A DNA stretch of 64,000 nucleotides, taken from the IMG/VR virus record IMGVR_UViG_3300011972_000167; one strand, given 5' to 3'. The DNA is from a virus. Taxonomy: Duplodnaviria > Heunggongvirae > Uroviricota > Caudoviricetes. Below the pieces are notes generated by a model that was not told where the DNA came from, did not search any database, and saw only the letters and a program-made list of their open reading frames with translations. A program made the translations under genes and the position numbers. Below, piece after piece: positions 19,775-30,739 of this stretch (the stretch's first letter is position 1; each line of letters starts with the position of its first letter).

Positions 19775-20659
19775 ATGTGGGTCGTATGCGGTGTTATAGC
19801 TTATAAAAATTTTAGAGAAGAGGATAAAGCTGTTCCTGTTATGGGGTTTAAGCTAGTTAATCTTGAAAATGGTAGTTTTAACCAGATTAGTTTAAGTAGA
19901 TTAGTAAATAACAAGTTAAAAGATGTATGTATGCCATTAAATTTAATAGATACCATAGAGAGATGGAAACGAGGAGATGGTGAAGCCAAGCTTTGTGTTA
20001 GTAGGGATTGCTTATTATTTAGGAAAGACTCTAAGTGGGTAGGGTTATATATTAAAATGCCTGTGTATAATAAAGATGGTTCTTTTTATTTTTACGACAG
20101 TCCATTCTTTAGGTTAAATGACATAGATGAGGGAATAGGTGTATACATAGACCTTTATAATGAAGATATAAAGTACATATATAAGGGCTGTGACATAGAA
20201 ACAGGTTTGTTTACTGGTTCAGACTATATTGAAACTGATAAAAACAGAAAGTTTGGTTTAGGTAACTGTGTGGAGTTGGAATATAGAACTAACATAACAA
20301 GTTTATGGAAAAGAGAAGGCATTATAGAGAAATTAGGAGATTATATTTGCAGATTAGATTGTTCAAATAGAGGGGCTGCTAGAATATTAAGGGGTTTTAC
20401 TTTTGCTGAGGTTAGAGGGTGTTGTAATGCTAAGTTATTTTTGCCAAAGACATTAACTCATCTAAGTGTAATAGGAGAAACTGTACCTGAAAATGTAACT
20501 TTGAGTGTAGATAAAGATACACCTAGCCATAAGATAATATCTATAGTAACATCTTTTATTAAAAAGCAAGCTAATGATAAAGAATTAAAATCAATTCAAA
20601 GCGTAGATAGTTTATTTGGGTTATGTAAAAAGTATAATATCAGATTGGCACTGGAATAA
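19775..20659 (+). CDS. Paralogue family member 5
   Basis: VVCGVIA...VMGFKLVNLENG; LFLPKTLTHL. Confidence 0.65.
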   Translation: MWVVCGVIAYKNFREEDKAVPVMGFKLVNLENGSFNQISLSRLVNNKLKDVCMPLNLIDTIERWKRGDGEAKLCVSRDCLLFRKDSKWVGLYIKMPVYNKDGSFYFYDSPFFRLNDIDEGIGVYIDLYNEDIKYIYKGCDIETGLFTGSDYIETDKNRKFGLGNCVELEYRTNITSLWKREGIIEKLGDYICRLDCSNRGAARILRGFTFAEVRGCCNAKLFLPKTLTHLSVIGETVPENVTLSVDKDTPSHKIISIVTSFIKKQANDKELKSIQSVDSLFGLCKKYNIRLALE

Positions 20660-20660
20660 G

Positions 20661-21485
20661 ATGAAAGAGTATGCAGTAATAGGTGTAATAGTAGACAAGG
20701 AAACTAAGGTTATTACAACAAGAAATACAAATGTATTCAGGTATAAGATAGTAGGATATAAATTAGTCAGTGTAAAAACGGGTCATATAATAGACGTAGA
20801 AAAAGACAAATTGGATTACTATGAAGATATTTTCTTAAACTGCGGTTATTATGTAAAAGACTATTCCTTTGTCGATTATAATTACAGAGATAATAAAGCA
20901 AGATTAAGCTGTCATTATAGTGGAGATTGTAAGTATGCAGTATATGATACTACAGGTAATTTACTTGTGTTAGAGCATAGGTATAAGGTTTTGATTAATG
21001 ATTATTCAGGTTTTAGGTTGCTTTACGATTATAAAAATAATACTCTAGAAGTAAGTTTTAAGCTTGTAAAGTCAATAAGCATACTGTTAAGTACTGGTAA
21101 ACCTTATAACTTAGATGATGTATATGATTCCAATTATATAAAAGAAATGATAAGTGTTGTAAGTTTATATGGAATACAGATTACGGAAGATTGCTTAGTG
21201 GAGTATGGTAAGTTATGTATATTAGATAAACCTTTTATCAAGGGTAAATCAAATGAGAACATAATAATACCGAGCAACTGCACTAACTTAATACTAAATG
21301 CATACAGTAATATTTCAAACATTAGTATTGTTATTCCGCCTAGTTTAGAGAGGTTAAAAATATATGGTAGTTTAAGGCATAATAAATTAACAATATACTT
21401 AAGCAATAAATTAGCAGATAGGAGCAAATTTTTTATATTAAAAGAATTAGGTAAAGCAGAGGTTAAAGATATAAGATATTATTAG
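20661..21485 (+). CDS. Paralogue family member 6
   Basis: Start moved to ATG 20661. YAVIGVIV...IVGYKLVSVKTG; IIIPSNCTNLIL...IVIPPSLERL...IYLS; ends IRYY. Confidence 0.7.
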   Translation: MKEYAVIGVIVDKETKVITTRNTNVFRYKIVGYKLVSVKTGHIIDVEKDKLDYYEDIFLNCGYYVKDYSFVDYNYRDNKARLSCHYSGDCKYAVYDTTGNLLVLEHRYKVLINDYSGFRLLYDYKNNTLEVSFKLVKSISILLSTGKPYNLDDVYDSNYIKEMISVVSLYGIQITEDCLVEYGKLCILDKPFIKGKSNENIIIPSNCTNLILNAYSNISNISIVIPPSLERLKIYGSLRHNKLTIYLSNKLADRSKFFILKELGKAEVKDIRYY

Positions 21486-21495
21486 AGGGAGGAGT

Positions 21496-22428
21496 ATGAA
21501 TAGGTTATTTGTATATGGAACATTAAAATCAAAAGAATTACAGAAAAAGCTTTTAGGACATACTTTAGACTCATACAAGGCTACTTTATACGGTTACTCT
21601 ATAAATAAAGCAGAAGAATATTATAATGCTGTTAAGAATAACGGTAGTTTTATTAAAGGAGAAGTATTACTTGTAAGTTCAGAAGATTTATTAAGAATAG
21701 ACCAATGGGAGGAAGTTCCCTTGTATTTGAAAGAGAAGGTAAATGTTCAAACTACTTCGGGCAAAGAGGTTGCCTATATTTATCTTAAGAAAGACAAAGA
21801 AGATAGTGTTGAATTAGTGGATAGTGTGATAACTTTATCTAATTCAAATGATTTAGATTTATCAGTTAGTGAATTTATTAAGAATAGAGATACAAGTTAT
21901 CCTATAAGTGATGTTTATTTGCAATATAAAATAAAAACTACAAGTAAATTCAGCAATAAAGATTTGATAACTGATAAAATAAATTCTTTTACTGGTGAAA
22001 ATAACACTTACTATTTAGGGAAAGCAATAATAGAAGATTATACTATTAGTTTATATGCAACTTTAGATTCAGATGGAAATGGTATATTAACAATAGCAAT
22101 GCCTGTATGCTACTTTAATCTTTATGAATTATGGGATAAAGCATTCAACAATAATTTAAGGTTAGATAATAATATTTTAGATATTTACTTACACCATATA
22201 CATAGCATAGAATTATTAAGTTTACCTAGGATTTTTATATTTTCTTGTAAAGATTTTACGGAGGCACAAAGAACAAAGTTGTTTTCAGTTAATGCAAGTA
22301 AAAAGATATCTTCTAAAAATCTTATAGGAGATGTTGATAATTCTAATATTATGACTAATGTACCTAAAGAATTTAAGACTTGTTATTTGGATAGACTGGA
22401 ACAGCAGTTGCCTTTTATATTTTCATAG
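21496..22428 (+). CDS. Gamma-glutamylcyclotransferase (GGCT/AIG2-like) domain protein
   Basis: LFVYGTL, IKGEV, RIDQWE and AYIY motifs in the N-terminal ~100 aa. Confidence 0.75.
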   Translation: MNRLFVYGTLKSKELQKKLLGHTLDSYKATLYGYSINKAEEYYNAVKNNGSFIKGEVLLVSSEDLLRIDQWEEVPLYLKEKVNVQTTSGKEVAYIYLKKDKEDSVELVDSVITLSNSNDLDLSVSEFIKNRDTSYPISDVYLQYKIKTTSKFSNKDLITDKINSFTGENNTYYLGKAIIEDYTISLYATLDSDGNGILTIAMPVCYFNLYELWDKAFNNNLRLDNNILDIYLHHIHSIELLSLPRIFIFSCKDFTEAQRTKLFSVNASKKISSKNLIGDVDNSNIMTNVPKEFKTCYLDRLEQQLPFIFS

Positions 22429-22442
22429 TTTAGGAGTGCATT

Positions 22443-23516
22443 ATGGACTTAGGTTTAGATGGAGTAACTAGGGAGAATATGTCAATAGCAGGGTTGTATG
22501 TGGATAGAAATAACCCTGTAGAAACATTAACTTTCAGTAATTACAGGAACTTCAGTAAATTCAAATTATATAATATTGAGAAAGTTAAGTTGTGTTACTT
22601 TCCGAGTTTTGAGATAATAGATGTAAGTTTATCGGAGTTTATGGAGTTTTATAAAAGTACAGATACAAACAGTGATTTATATAAGAGGAGCAGATTAAAT
22701 ATAGATGGAACTAAGCTTATTCTTAATTGCCTTAAAGTTTGTATAGAGTCTGATATTTATGATACTACATATTCTTACAGATGCCATTCTTATAGTGGAG
22801 GTTTGTGTGTGCATTACTTGACTGATTTAGGTCATATTTGTATTTTTGATATAAATACGGGTATGCCTATAAAAGAGGCTGATTATGTTCAATTCGCAGT
22901 TAATGTAGTTAAAGGTTTATTTTATTCTTCCAAGTTAAATAAGCTTATTTTTAGTTATAATATACTTAATTATTTTGGTTTAAGCGAAAGGCATTCTCTT
23001 AATAGAGTAGAAATAGCTAGGCTAAATGGTGAGCCTAATCATTCTACAGTAAATAGTAAAGTACCTGTGCTATCTCGCACAACTTTAGATAAATTTGTAG
23101 AGCATTCTAATGGTTTTACTATTCTTTTAGATATTTGTGCTTTTAGTTTGGAAAAGAATGAAGATTTAGTTATAGTTAATCAAAATTGTAGAGAGTTGTA
23201 CATAAAAAGCAATGGAGATTATATAATAAATAATTTGGTGTTGAATAAGAGTATAGAGAATATAAAAGTTAATGGTAATTTTTCAGTAAAAAACTTATAC
23301 TACAGCAAAGATATTAAAAATAGCATAGTGATTTTTAAGGTTGTAAGGTATGTAATATCAGCTTATGCATTGATACCTCGTAAGAACTATATGAATAAGT
23401 TAGAGCAATTAATAGATAAGAATAACTTATATGGTTTAGCTAATTGTGAGTTTGAGAAAGAGGATGGTAGTATATTGATACTTAAAGATTTAATTAATAT
23501 ACAAGCAATAGATTAG
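22443..23516 (+). CDS. Paralogue family member 7
   Basis: IAGLYVD...FEIIDVSL; VIVNQNCRELYI...LVLNKSIENI...LYYSK. Confidence 0.6.
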   Translation: MDLGLDGVTRENMSIAGLYVDRNNPVETLTFSNYRNFSKFKLYNIEKVKLCYFPSFEIIDVSLSEFMEFYKSTDTNSDLYKRSRLNIDGTKLILNCLKVCIESDIYDTTYSYRCHSYSGGLCVHYLTDLGHICIFDINTGMPIKEADYVQFAVNVVKGLFYSSKLNKLIFSYNILNYFGLSERHSLNRVEIARLNGEPNHSTVNSKVPVLSRTTLDKFVEHSNGFTILLDICAFSLEKNEDLVIVNQNCRELYIKSNGDYIINNLVLNKSIENIKVNGNFSVKNLYYSKDIKNSIVIFKVVRYVISAYALIPRKNYMNKLEQLIDKNNLYGLANCEFEKEDGSILILKDLINIQAID

Positions 23517-23524
23517 GAGAAAAT

Positions 23525-24310
23525 ATGATTTATAAATTAGCTAATTTATTGGATACTGTAAATAATATAGTAATAGGTTTTAAGTGTTTTGACTTAGATA
23601 CTTTATCAGTAGTAGCTTTAACTGTAGATGAGTATAATTCAATAGAAGAGTACAATAAGTTTAATAAGACAGAAGATAAAGAAATGTTAGTTTATAGGGA
23701 TAGCAAATGGGAATTATTAGTAGATAAAGTTTTAGATGAGCAATATCTTTATATAGGGAGTTTTGATTTACCAATAGGTATGTGCTTACATATTTTTATT
23801 GAGGTTTCTACTGAAAAAACTATATTGACTGTGAGCCTTCTTGCTGATTTATATTTTGATATCCTTTCTTGTGAAACTTTTAGAGCATTTGATAGTACAC
23901 CAATGTGTACTTTATTAAGTTTTAAGTGTCAAAGCATAACTTATTATAAGCTACCTTATCCTTTTGAGTATCATGATGACATAAGTATTTATAAAGAAAC
24001 AGGTAATATAGCTACTTTAGGAGATTATTTTTATTACTATACTATTGAAAGTGATATTAATAGCTTTATTACCATACCAAGTAATTGCAGGTATTTGATA
24101 TTGAATTTTGTATATTTTAATATACACTCACTTAAAGTAGTACTACCTAAAGATTTACAGTATATAAAGTTTTATAATTATTCTGTTATTGCTGTGTATT
24201 TAGATATAAGCATAACTTTTTATATAAGTAAAGATTCGGTTTATTTGGAGGATTTAAGAAGTGAAATAGATGGCGTTTTCAGTTCGAGAGTCAATATTAA
24301 GTTGTATTAA
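23525..24310 (+). CDS. Paralogue family member 8
   Basis: VIGFKCFDLDT; ITIPSNCRYLIL...VVLPKDLQYI...FYISK; ends IKLY. Confidence 0.7.
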   Translation: MIYKLANLLDTVNNIVIGFKCFDLDTLSVVALTVDEYNSIEEYNKFNKTEDKEMLVYRDSKWELLVDKVLDEQYLYIGSFDLPIGMCLHIFIEVSTEKTILTVSLLADLYFDILSCETFRAFDSTPMCTLLSFKCQSITYYKLPYPFEYHDDISIYKETGNIATLGDYFYYYTIESDINSFITIPSNCRYLILNFVYFNIHSLKVVLPKDLQYIKFYNYSVIAVYLDISITFYISKDSVYLEDLRSEIDGVFSSRVNIKLY

Positions 24311-24390
24311 AATAAGCTTTAAGTGGTGTTAAGTTACTGTTGTTTGTATATAAAGGAACTGATTTTGTTAATAAAGTAATGGAGGTATTT

Positions 24391-24906
24391 ATGGGGTTTT
24401 TGTTTCTAGGTTTATGTGTAAAAGATGATAACAGTGCTGAAAGTGCTTTAGCAGTAAATTTTTATGCTGGATTAGGTAATCTTAATAAGGGTGCAATTTT
24501 AGAAAACATAAGTTTAAGAAGTTTAGGCAGACTAAGCAATGATGGATTGGTATTTTTACCTGAAATGTTCGGTTTTGATGTAAAAGATACAAATATGATG
24601 AAAAATCTTATAGAGTTTTTCAGGTATAGCAAGCATGGATTGCATTATGATGGTGGTACTAAAGAAATACATGACTCTATGGGAAATAAAGTACCTTATT
24701 TTGGATATGTAGTTAATGTAAAATCACTTATTAGGGAGTTGTTTAATTTTGCTATTGCTTCTACAGATGGAGAAGAAGCTATTAAAATAGATATCAACAA
24801 TGAAATGTTAGATTATGATAAAGTTAACATTTCAGATTTAGATGAGAGATATAAAGTTTATAAGGTATCAGAAGAGGCTTACCATAGTTTATTTGAGGAA
24901 AATTAG
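24391..24906 (+). CDS. Hypothetical protein
   Basis: ORF with GGAGGT SD before ATG 24391. Confidence 0.65.
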   Translation: MGFLFLGLCVKDDNSAESALAVNFYAGLGNLNKGAILENISLRSLGRLSNDGLVFLPEMFGFDVKDTNMMKNLIEFFRYSKHGLHYDGGTKEIHDSMGNKVPYFGYVVNVKSLIRELFNFAIASTDGEEAIKIDINNEMLDYDKVNISDLDERYKVYKVSEEAYHSLFEEN

Positions 24907-24907
24907 A

Positions 24908-25795
24908 ATGGGTATAAGCAATAATTATTTAATTTTGGGAGCAGTAGTTTCCAATAAATTAGCTTTAGTAGACGAAAGAATTACTGAAGATATATTAGAT
25001 GTGCTGGGTGTATTTGTTCTGAATATAGAGAACTTAAAAGTCAGTATAGATAGTTTATCAGCTTTTAGTAAATTAATTCCCTCTACTACTCTTTATATAG
25101 GTTGTGATTTTAGAACACTGTATTTTTATAGGGATGATAAATTAGTATATTGTCAAAATAGTATATTTCATGTTATTTTTAATGAGGATTTGGAAAAGCT
25201 ATCAAAAAATATAAGTTTATTAAAATTATGTAGTGTGAGCATAAATTCTAGGTTAGAGTTGGAGAGGCATGGTTTATCGAGTACGAATTCTGCATTACAT
25301 TTTCTCTATAACATAGATAACGGTCATTTGCTTTTATGTTTTGGAGGAATGAGTAGTTTATATGATATAACTGATAATAAATTTATAAAAAATAACTTAT
25401 ACTTAGGAGAGCAAGCTAATATAAATTCTACTAATGCATATAGAAACTATTTTATTACAGATAGTAATGGATTTTATTCTTTAGGTAACGGCATTTATAT
25501 TTTAGGAAAAGCTTTTTATAATGAGAATGTAATTCTTCCAAAAGATTGTGTTACTTTATTAATAACCTCTAGCTGTGGTTCAATTTACTCTAAAGCTAAA
25601 GTACAAAATATACGAAGTATAACATTTCCAAAATGTTTTAGCTCAGTTTCTTTTAACTTGCATTCTAATTTATTTTTTGATGAGTTAAAGCTTTGTCTTC
25701 CAAAAGAATTAGATAAAGGCGTAGTAGATAAAACATTAAAAGCTTTCAAATTAAATTCAATATGTAAAAAAGATATAAGTATACAGACAATATAA
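24908..25795 (+). CDS. Paralogue family member 9
   Basis: YLILGAVV...VLGVFVLNIEN; VILPKDCVTLLI...ITFPKCF. Confidence 0.6.
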   Translation: MGISNNYLILGAVVSNKLALVDERITEDILDVLGVFVLNIENLKVSIDSLSAFSKLIPSTTLYIGCDFRTLYFYRDDKLVYCQNSIFHVIFNEDLEKLSKNISLLKLCSVSINSRLELERHGLSSTNSALHFLYNIDNGHLLLCFGGMSSLYDITDNKFIKNNLYLGEQANINSTNAYRNYFITDSNGFYSLGNGIYILGKAFYNENVILPKDCVTLLITSSCGSIYSKAKVQNIRSITFPKCFSSVSFNLHSNLFFDELKLCLPKELDKGVVDKTLKAFKLNSICKKDISIQTI

Positions 25796-25811
25796 ATGGG
25801 AGGTTTATTTA

Positions 25812-26930
25812 GTGTATAAAAGAAAAATAGTATTAGCATTAGGTTTATTAGCAATAATACTTTCTGCTTGTGGAAAAAAAGATAAAAATGATTATAAAAC
25901 AATGTATGAGTCTGCTTCTTCTCAATTATCCAGCAAGACTTTTGAAAATAATAGTTTAAGGCTTGCTTTAGCTGGTTATGATGAGAAGTACAAGGATAGT
26001 GTAGATTTAACTCAGTATACTGTTATGGATACAGGCAGTATAGCCTTTAATACCTTTAATAATCAAGTTTATTTGGATAGTAAAGTTAAATTCCAGCAAC
26101 AAGATGCTATCCAAAATAGTACTAAACTTAATTTAGTAGGAAATATTTCTGTATCTCCTACAGACAGTTGGGTGGTTAGAACCAACACATCAAAAACAGA
26201 ATTAAGTAATAAAAATGGAATAACTGGAAACATTGAGATTTATAAGATATATGATACTGTAGCTGCTGAGTTTATTTATACCAACTTTATGGAACCGTTT
26301 ATTCAGGCAAACAGTTTGGATGTAAACAGTATGCAATATTTGTTTATTGGGAGTAGTAAAAGCGGAGTTGAGGTTACTTCTAAAGTTAATATAACTACTA
26401 CTGAGGTAACTGACAAAGTAAAAACAGTAGATGCTAAGTATTTATACGATGAGTCTGAATTAGCCAGTGTTCAATCAGAGCAACTCAAAGTAGAAAAAGC
26501 AAAGTTAGAATCTAGTAAAGCAGAGGAAGAGTCTTTAGCCAGAAAATTAGCAGAGGCAACTGCTGTAAGTTCAGAGGGAGAATCAGAAAGCAGTCAAGAA
26601 ATAAGTGAGGCACCTCCAGAAACAGAGACTACAGCAGAGACTACTGCTGAATCAGAAGTTGAACAATCTACCGAGGGTAGTTTAAGTTCAAGTGAATATA
26701 GTGAGCTTGAAAAGCAAGTTAAATCACAGTATGTAGATGTACAGATACCTGAGTATAAGTCAGTTACTAATGAATACATATTCAGAGTAGGTATACTTAT
26801 GAGTGGGGAAAATGCTGTAGTTTATAAGTTTCTTTATAAAAAAGAGGATGAATTATCCTGTAAAGAAATTGTTGATAATCTTATAAATTCTATACAAGTA
26901 GATAATATGAATGTCAGCATGGAAAAATAA
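25812..26930 (+). CDS. Lipoprotein with E/S/T-rich linker
   Basis: Lipobox LSAC after hydrophobic signal peptide; GGAGG SD. Confidence 0.75.
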   Translation: MYKRKIVLALGLLAIILSACGKKDKNDYKTMYESASSQLSSKTFENNSLRLALAGYDEKYKDSVDLTQYTVMDTGSIAFNTFNNQVYLDSKVKFQQQDAIQNSTKLNLVGNISVSPTDSWVVRTNTSKTELSNKNGITGNIEIYKIYDTVAAEFIYTNFMEPFIQANSLDVNSMQYLFIGSSKSGVEVTSKVNITTTEVTDKVKTVDAKYLYDESELASVQSEQLKVEKAKLESSKAEEESLARKLAEATAVSSEGESESSQEISEAPPETETTAETTAESEVEQSTEGSLSSSEYSELEKQVKSQYVDVQIPEYKSVTNEYIFRVGILMSGENAVVYKFLYKKEDELSCKEIVDNLINSIQVDNMNVSMEK

Positions 26931-27039
26931 TAGTCCTATTAAGTCAATAGGAACAGTCTAAATATGTTATTAGCTATTTTTTTTTATAGTTAATAACATA
27001 TTTTGTTTATATAGTAAGATAAGAGAGGAGGTAATCGGG

Positions 27040-29475
27040 TTGAGTAATCAGACTAAGGGAGCAACTGAAAAAGCGGTAATAGCGGCTATACTTAGAAAAG
27101 ATGGAATTAAACCTTGGGGGTTCAGAGTAGCTTCTATAGATAATGGTATTGTAAAAGATGCAACTTATGATACTTTTATAAAGGTTTATAAGACAGGTAA
27201 ATTAAATATTCTTAATGCTAAAGTAGTTCAAGGATATGAGAGAGATTTTAGAGGAAATCCTATAATAAGAGATGGTAAGAAAGTAGAGATAGAAGAGGTC
27301 GTTGGTGTGGGTATGTCTTTAGATAGGTTACCTAAAATAAATATCAGATTAAAACCAACAGACTATATGTATGTTTTTGAGAATAAGTTTGCAGTAGTTT
27401 ATGCGGTTAAACTATTGGGTGGAAAGTATAAACTTGTAGATTATGGTGGAAAGGTACTTGCTTTAGGAGATGATGACTTTAAGTACTATAAAAGTAATCT
27501 TGTAAACTTAGACCCATTGATAGATGAAGAGGCTAACTTATCTAAAATAATGAATGTACCTTTAGATAAGAGAGCAAATAGTAGTTTTAACCCCTCTGTT
27601 TCTGGAGTTAAAATGAATGAAGTATCTGATGCTTTAAGAGCAAAGACAGAAAGAGAAATTAAAGAGAGGGAAGAAAAAGAGAAGTCAAAAAGAACAATGA
27701 TGGGTTTATTTGACTTATCTGAGGATAATTGTACTGAAACTGAATACGGGCTTGTGTATTCAATGCCAGATGGTGGTATAGTACTAGATTTTCAGGGGAA
27801 TGATGACCTAAACAACTATAAAAAGAATAGCGATATAGGTGCTGGGTATAAGATAGCTAATGCTTTAATGCACTTAAGAAATCTTAATTATTTTTATTTT
27901 AGTATAATACAGGAGTTAAATAGAGTATTAGTTCCTGCTGAGTCTTTAGAGATAGGAACTATGGCAGTAAGTCCTACGACTTTGTTTGTTAATGTAGGTT
28001 TTGTAGATAGCAAAAGTATACCTGAATTAACCTTTGTACTAATGCATGAAGCAATGCATATATTGTTTAGGCATAACTATTATGGAATAGGAAAAAATCA
28101 AGATATACATAATGTAGCTACAGATTTGATTATAAATAAGACCATAACAGATGAATACGGTTGTTTACCTGGCAATAAATCCTCAATTTCTGTATCTGTA
28201 AATAATACCAGAGCAGAAATTAAATATCCTGATGATGGTTTATGGTTAGAGGCTATAGATACCAAGGTTGATACTTCTGAAAGTGTTTATCATGAATTAG
28301 TAAGTTGTATTGAGAATTCAAAGCAAGGACAAAGCCAAGGACAGAGCCAACAAAAGGGAAATAAAGGACAAAATCAAGGACAAGGCAACCAAGGAAATAG
28401 CCAAGGAAATCAGAGCCAAGGACAAGGAAACCAAAGCCAAGTACAAGGTAATCAAGGCAATACTCAGGGCAACCAAGGACAGGGGCAAGGTAATGCTCAA
28501 GGCAACCAAGGCAATCAAGGACAGGGGCAAGGTAATGCTCAAGGCAACCAAGGACAAGGGAAAGGACAAGGGCAAGGACAAGGTAACCAAGGAAATACTC
28601 AAGGGAACCAAGGACAAGGTAACCAAGGAAATACTCAAGGGAACCAAGGACAAGGAAACCAAGGACAAGGCAATTCTAATGAACCTTATGAGATAACTTT
28701 TAGAGGTACTAAGCTAACTGTAAATCCTCGTAATAGAGATATTGTACTATCTGTTGATGATTGTAAGAATGGAAAAGAGGCTATAGGAGATGCACTTAAT
28801 AAAATAGCTAATAAGGCTATAGCTGCTTGTAAGATAGCTGGGAGAGAGTTATCTCCTAATATTGAGGCTGTTTTACAGATAGAAACAAAAAGAAGATTAA
28901 AGCCTAGGTGGCAGAAGATATTAAAGGACTTTCTGTCTAAGCTAGGAGACCCATATTATACATTCGCTGCTGTTAATAAAAAGTATGTGCATAGAGGTTT
29001 AACAGTGCCAGGACCCAAGGTATCTGAGGAGAACTTAAAGAAATTAAAAAATATAGTATTAGCAATAGATACTTCTGGTTCTATGTTTTCAGATGAGAAT
29101 TTAAGTAATATAGTAAGTTTAGCTGTATCAATAGTTAAAAAGTATAATGCAGATGGAGAGATAATATACTGGGATACATCAGTTTCTTCTACAGGAACTT
29201 TCAAAGATAGGAGAAGTTTAGTAAGAACTTCTGTCAAGGGCGGTGGAGGAACAGATATAAATTGTTTATTTGAGTACTTAGATAAAAAGTATCCTAGAAA
29301 ATATAATAAGCCTTCTTTGATATTAGTAATGACAGATGGTTATTTTGGAATTCTTAAAGAAGATTATGTTAAGAAATACAAAAATGTAATATGGGCTATT
29401 ACAGAAGATGATTATAATGCTTTCAAAAAACCTGAAAATGGTAAACTAGCAGTGATAGAAAATAAATCAAACTAA
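27040..29475 (+). CDS. HExxH metallopeptidase-like + VWA protein (DUF2201-like)
   Basis: TMAV, LMHEAMH, NVATDLIIN; MIDAS AIDTSGS, GGGGTD, VMTDG; Q/G/N-rich linker. Confidence 0.85.
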   Translation: MSNQTKGATEKAVIAAILRKDGIKPWGFRVASIDNGIVKDATYDTFIKVYKTGKLNILNAKVVQGYERDFRGNPIIRDGKKVEIEEVVGVGMSLDRLPKINIRLKPTDYMYVFENKFAVVYAVKLLGGKYKLVDYGGKVLALGDDDFKYYKSNLVNLDPLIDEEANLSKIMNVPLDKRANSSFNPSVSGVKMNEVSDALRAKTEREIKEREEKEKSKRTMMGLFDLSEDNCTETEYGLVYSMPDGGIVLDFQGNDDLNNYKKNSDIGAGYKIANALMHLRNLNYFYFSIIQELNRVLVPAESLEIGTMAVSPTTLFVNVGFVDSKSIPELTFVLMHEAMHILFRHNYYGIGKNQDIHNVATDLIINKTITDEYGCLPGNKSSISVSVNNTRAEIKYPDDGLWLEAIDTKVDTSESVYHELVSCIENSKQGQSQGQSQQKGNKGQNQGQGNQGNSQGNQSQGQGNQSQVQGNQGNTQGNQGQGQGNAQGNQGNQGQGQGNAQGNQGQGKGQGQGQGNQGNTQGNQGQGNQGNTQGNQGQGNQGQGNSNEPYEITFRGTKLTVNPRNRDIVLSVDDCKNGKEAIGDALNKIANKAIAACKIAGRELSPNIEAVLQIETKRRLKPRWQKILKDFLSKLGDPYYTFAAVNKKYVHRGLTVPGPKVSEENLKKLKNIVLAIDTSGSMFSDENLSNIVSLAVSIVKKYNADGEIIYWDTSVSSTGTFKDRRSLVRTSVKGGGGTDINCLFEYLDKKYPRKYNKPSLILVMTDGYFGILKEDYVKKYKNVIWAITEDDYNAFKKPENGKLAVIENKSN
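28321..28675 (+). repeat. Coding tandem repeats encoding a Q/G/N low-complexity tract
   Basis: CAAGG-based units, including an exact 36-nt duplication at 28573-28644. Confidence 0.9.
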
Positions 29476-29491
29476 AGGAGAATAATATAGA

Positions 29492-30727
29492 ATGCAAGAT
29501 ACAAGTATGAACTTAATGGAAATAAGCATTGGTATGATGATGAACCTTATTAAAGAGCAATTAGAGGATGAACTTTATGAGCATCCAATGCTTTTTTTAG
29601 GTAAATCTGGTATAGGTAAAACTGAGTCATTAATGGGATTAGCTAAGACTATGGGAATAGGATTTAAAGAGTTTAGGCTTATACTTACTAATGAAGTTGA
29701 TTTAATGGGTACACCTACTATTGATAAAGATGCTGATGGAAGTCAGTGGTCATCCTTTGCTACTCCAAAAACAATGCCAGATGCAAAGAAAGATGGAGAA
29801 ATAGGTATATTACTTTTTGATGAGATTACTTCTGCTACAGCTAATGTTAGAACAGCAGCTATGCAGCTAATGGATAAGAGTAGAAGTTTAGGAAGTTATA
29901 AGTTGCCTCCAAAGTGGTTGATAGTTTGTTTGGGAAATGGAGAAGAGGATGGTGGTAACTTTAATGGTATGGAGTTTGCTTTCTTAAATAGGTGTATATC
30001 ATATAGAGTTAAGACTGAGGTAGATTGTACTGATCCTGCAAGAGGATTAGGTTGGGTACAGTGGGCTATGAAGAGTAACTTAAATCCATCTGTAATATCT
30101 TATATTAAAGAGTATGGAGCAGATGTTTTACATAAGTTTGACACTGATGAGCCAGCAGCGGCTTTCCCAAGTCCTCGTAGCTGGACACACTTAGCTGAAA
30201 AATTAACTTTACAGGAAAAGAAAAATGGAGGTAAGCCACTTTCTGAAATGCCAGTAACAATATATGCTTCTGGTTTTGTTGGAAGAGAGCAAGGAGATAG
30301 GTTTGCTCAATATTACAGATATAAAGAGCAACTTGTTTCTCCAAAAGAGATTTTAACTGGTAAGGTTAAAGTTGAGGATGCTTTCAAGGGTAAAGACCGT
30401 TCAGTGGCTCTTATGCAGTATACTGCTATAGTCAATTTTATGGTAGATGCTCTTAGAGATGATTTAGAGGTATTTGATATATCTAAGATAGACCCTGAAA
30501 CAGGTCAGTTAAAGCTTAGTAAACAAAATGTAGAGTACTTTGAAAATTTCTTTGATTTAATGATAACATTAAGCAGACCTGAAGATTGTTTATATCTATT
30601 TTCTAATATTATGTGTGCTTATGGTAGTAAGGTACAGGGTTCTTTAACAGCAGTAAAGAATTATGAGAAATTTAAGAATACAAACCAATTCAGACAGCTT
30701 AGTAACATGTCTATGATGATAAGATAG
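29492..30727 (+). CDS. MoxR/dynein-related AAA+ ATPase
   Basis: GKSGIGKT, DLMGTP, ILLFDEI, VCLGN, AFLNR, FPSPRSW. Confidence 0.85.
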   Translation: MQDTSMNLMEISIGMMMNLIKEQLEDELYEHPMLFLGKSGIGKTESLMGLAKTMGIGFKEFRLILTNEVDLMGTPTIDKDADGSQWSSFATPKTMPDAKKDGEIGILLFDEITSATANVRTAAMQLMDKSRSLGSYKLPPKWLIVCLGNGEEDGGNFNGMEFAFLNRCISYRVKTEVDCTDPARGLGWVQWAMKSNLNPSVISYIKEYGADVLHKFDTDEPAAAFPSPRSWTHLAEKLTLQEKKNGGKPLSEMPVTIYASGFVGREQGDRFAQYYRYKEQLVSPKEILTGKVKVEDAFKGKDRSVALMQYTAIVNFMVDALRDDLEVFDISKIDPETGQLKLSKQNVEYFENFFDLMITLSRPEDCLYLFSNIMCAYGSKVQGSLTAVKNYEKFKNTNQFRQLSNMSMMIR

Positions 30728-30739
30728 GGGGAATGAATA

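Noticed and set aside
13525..25795. Diversity-generating retroelement behind the paralogue array
   Set aside because: No reverse transcriptase and no near-identical template/variable repeat pair seen.
28310..28696. Alternative-frame K/D/A-rich ORF and its antisense ORF
   Set aside because: By-products of the Q/G/N tandem repeat inside the VWA gene.
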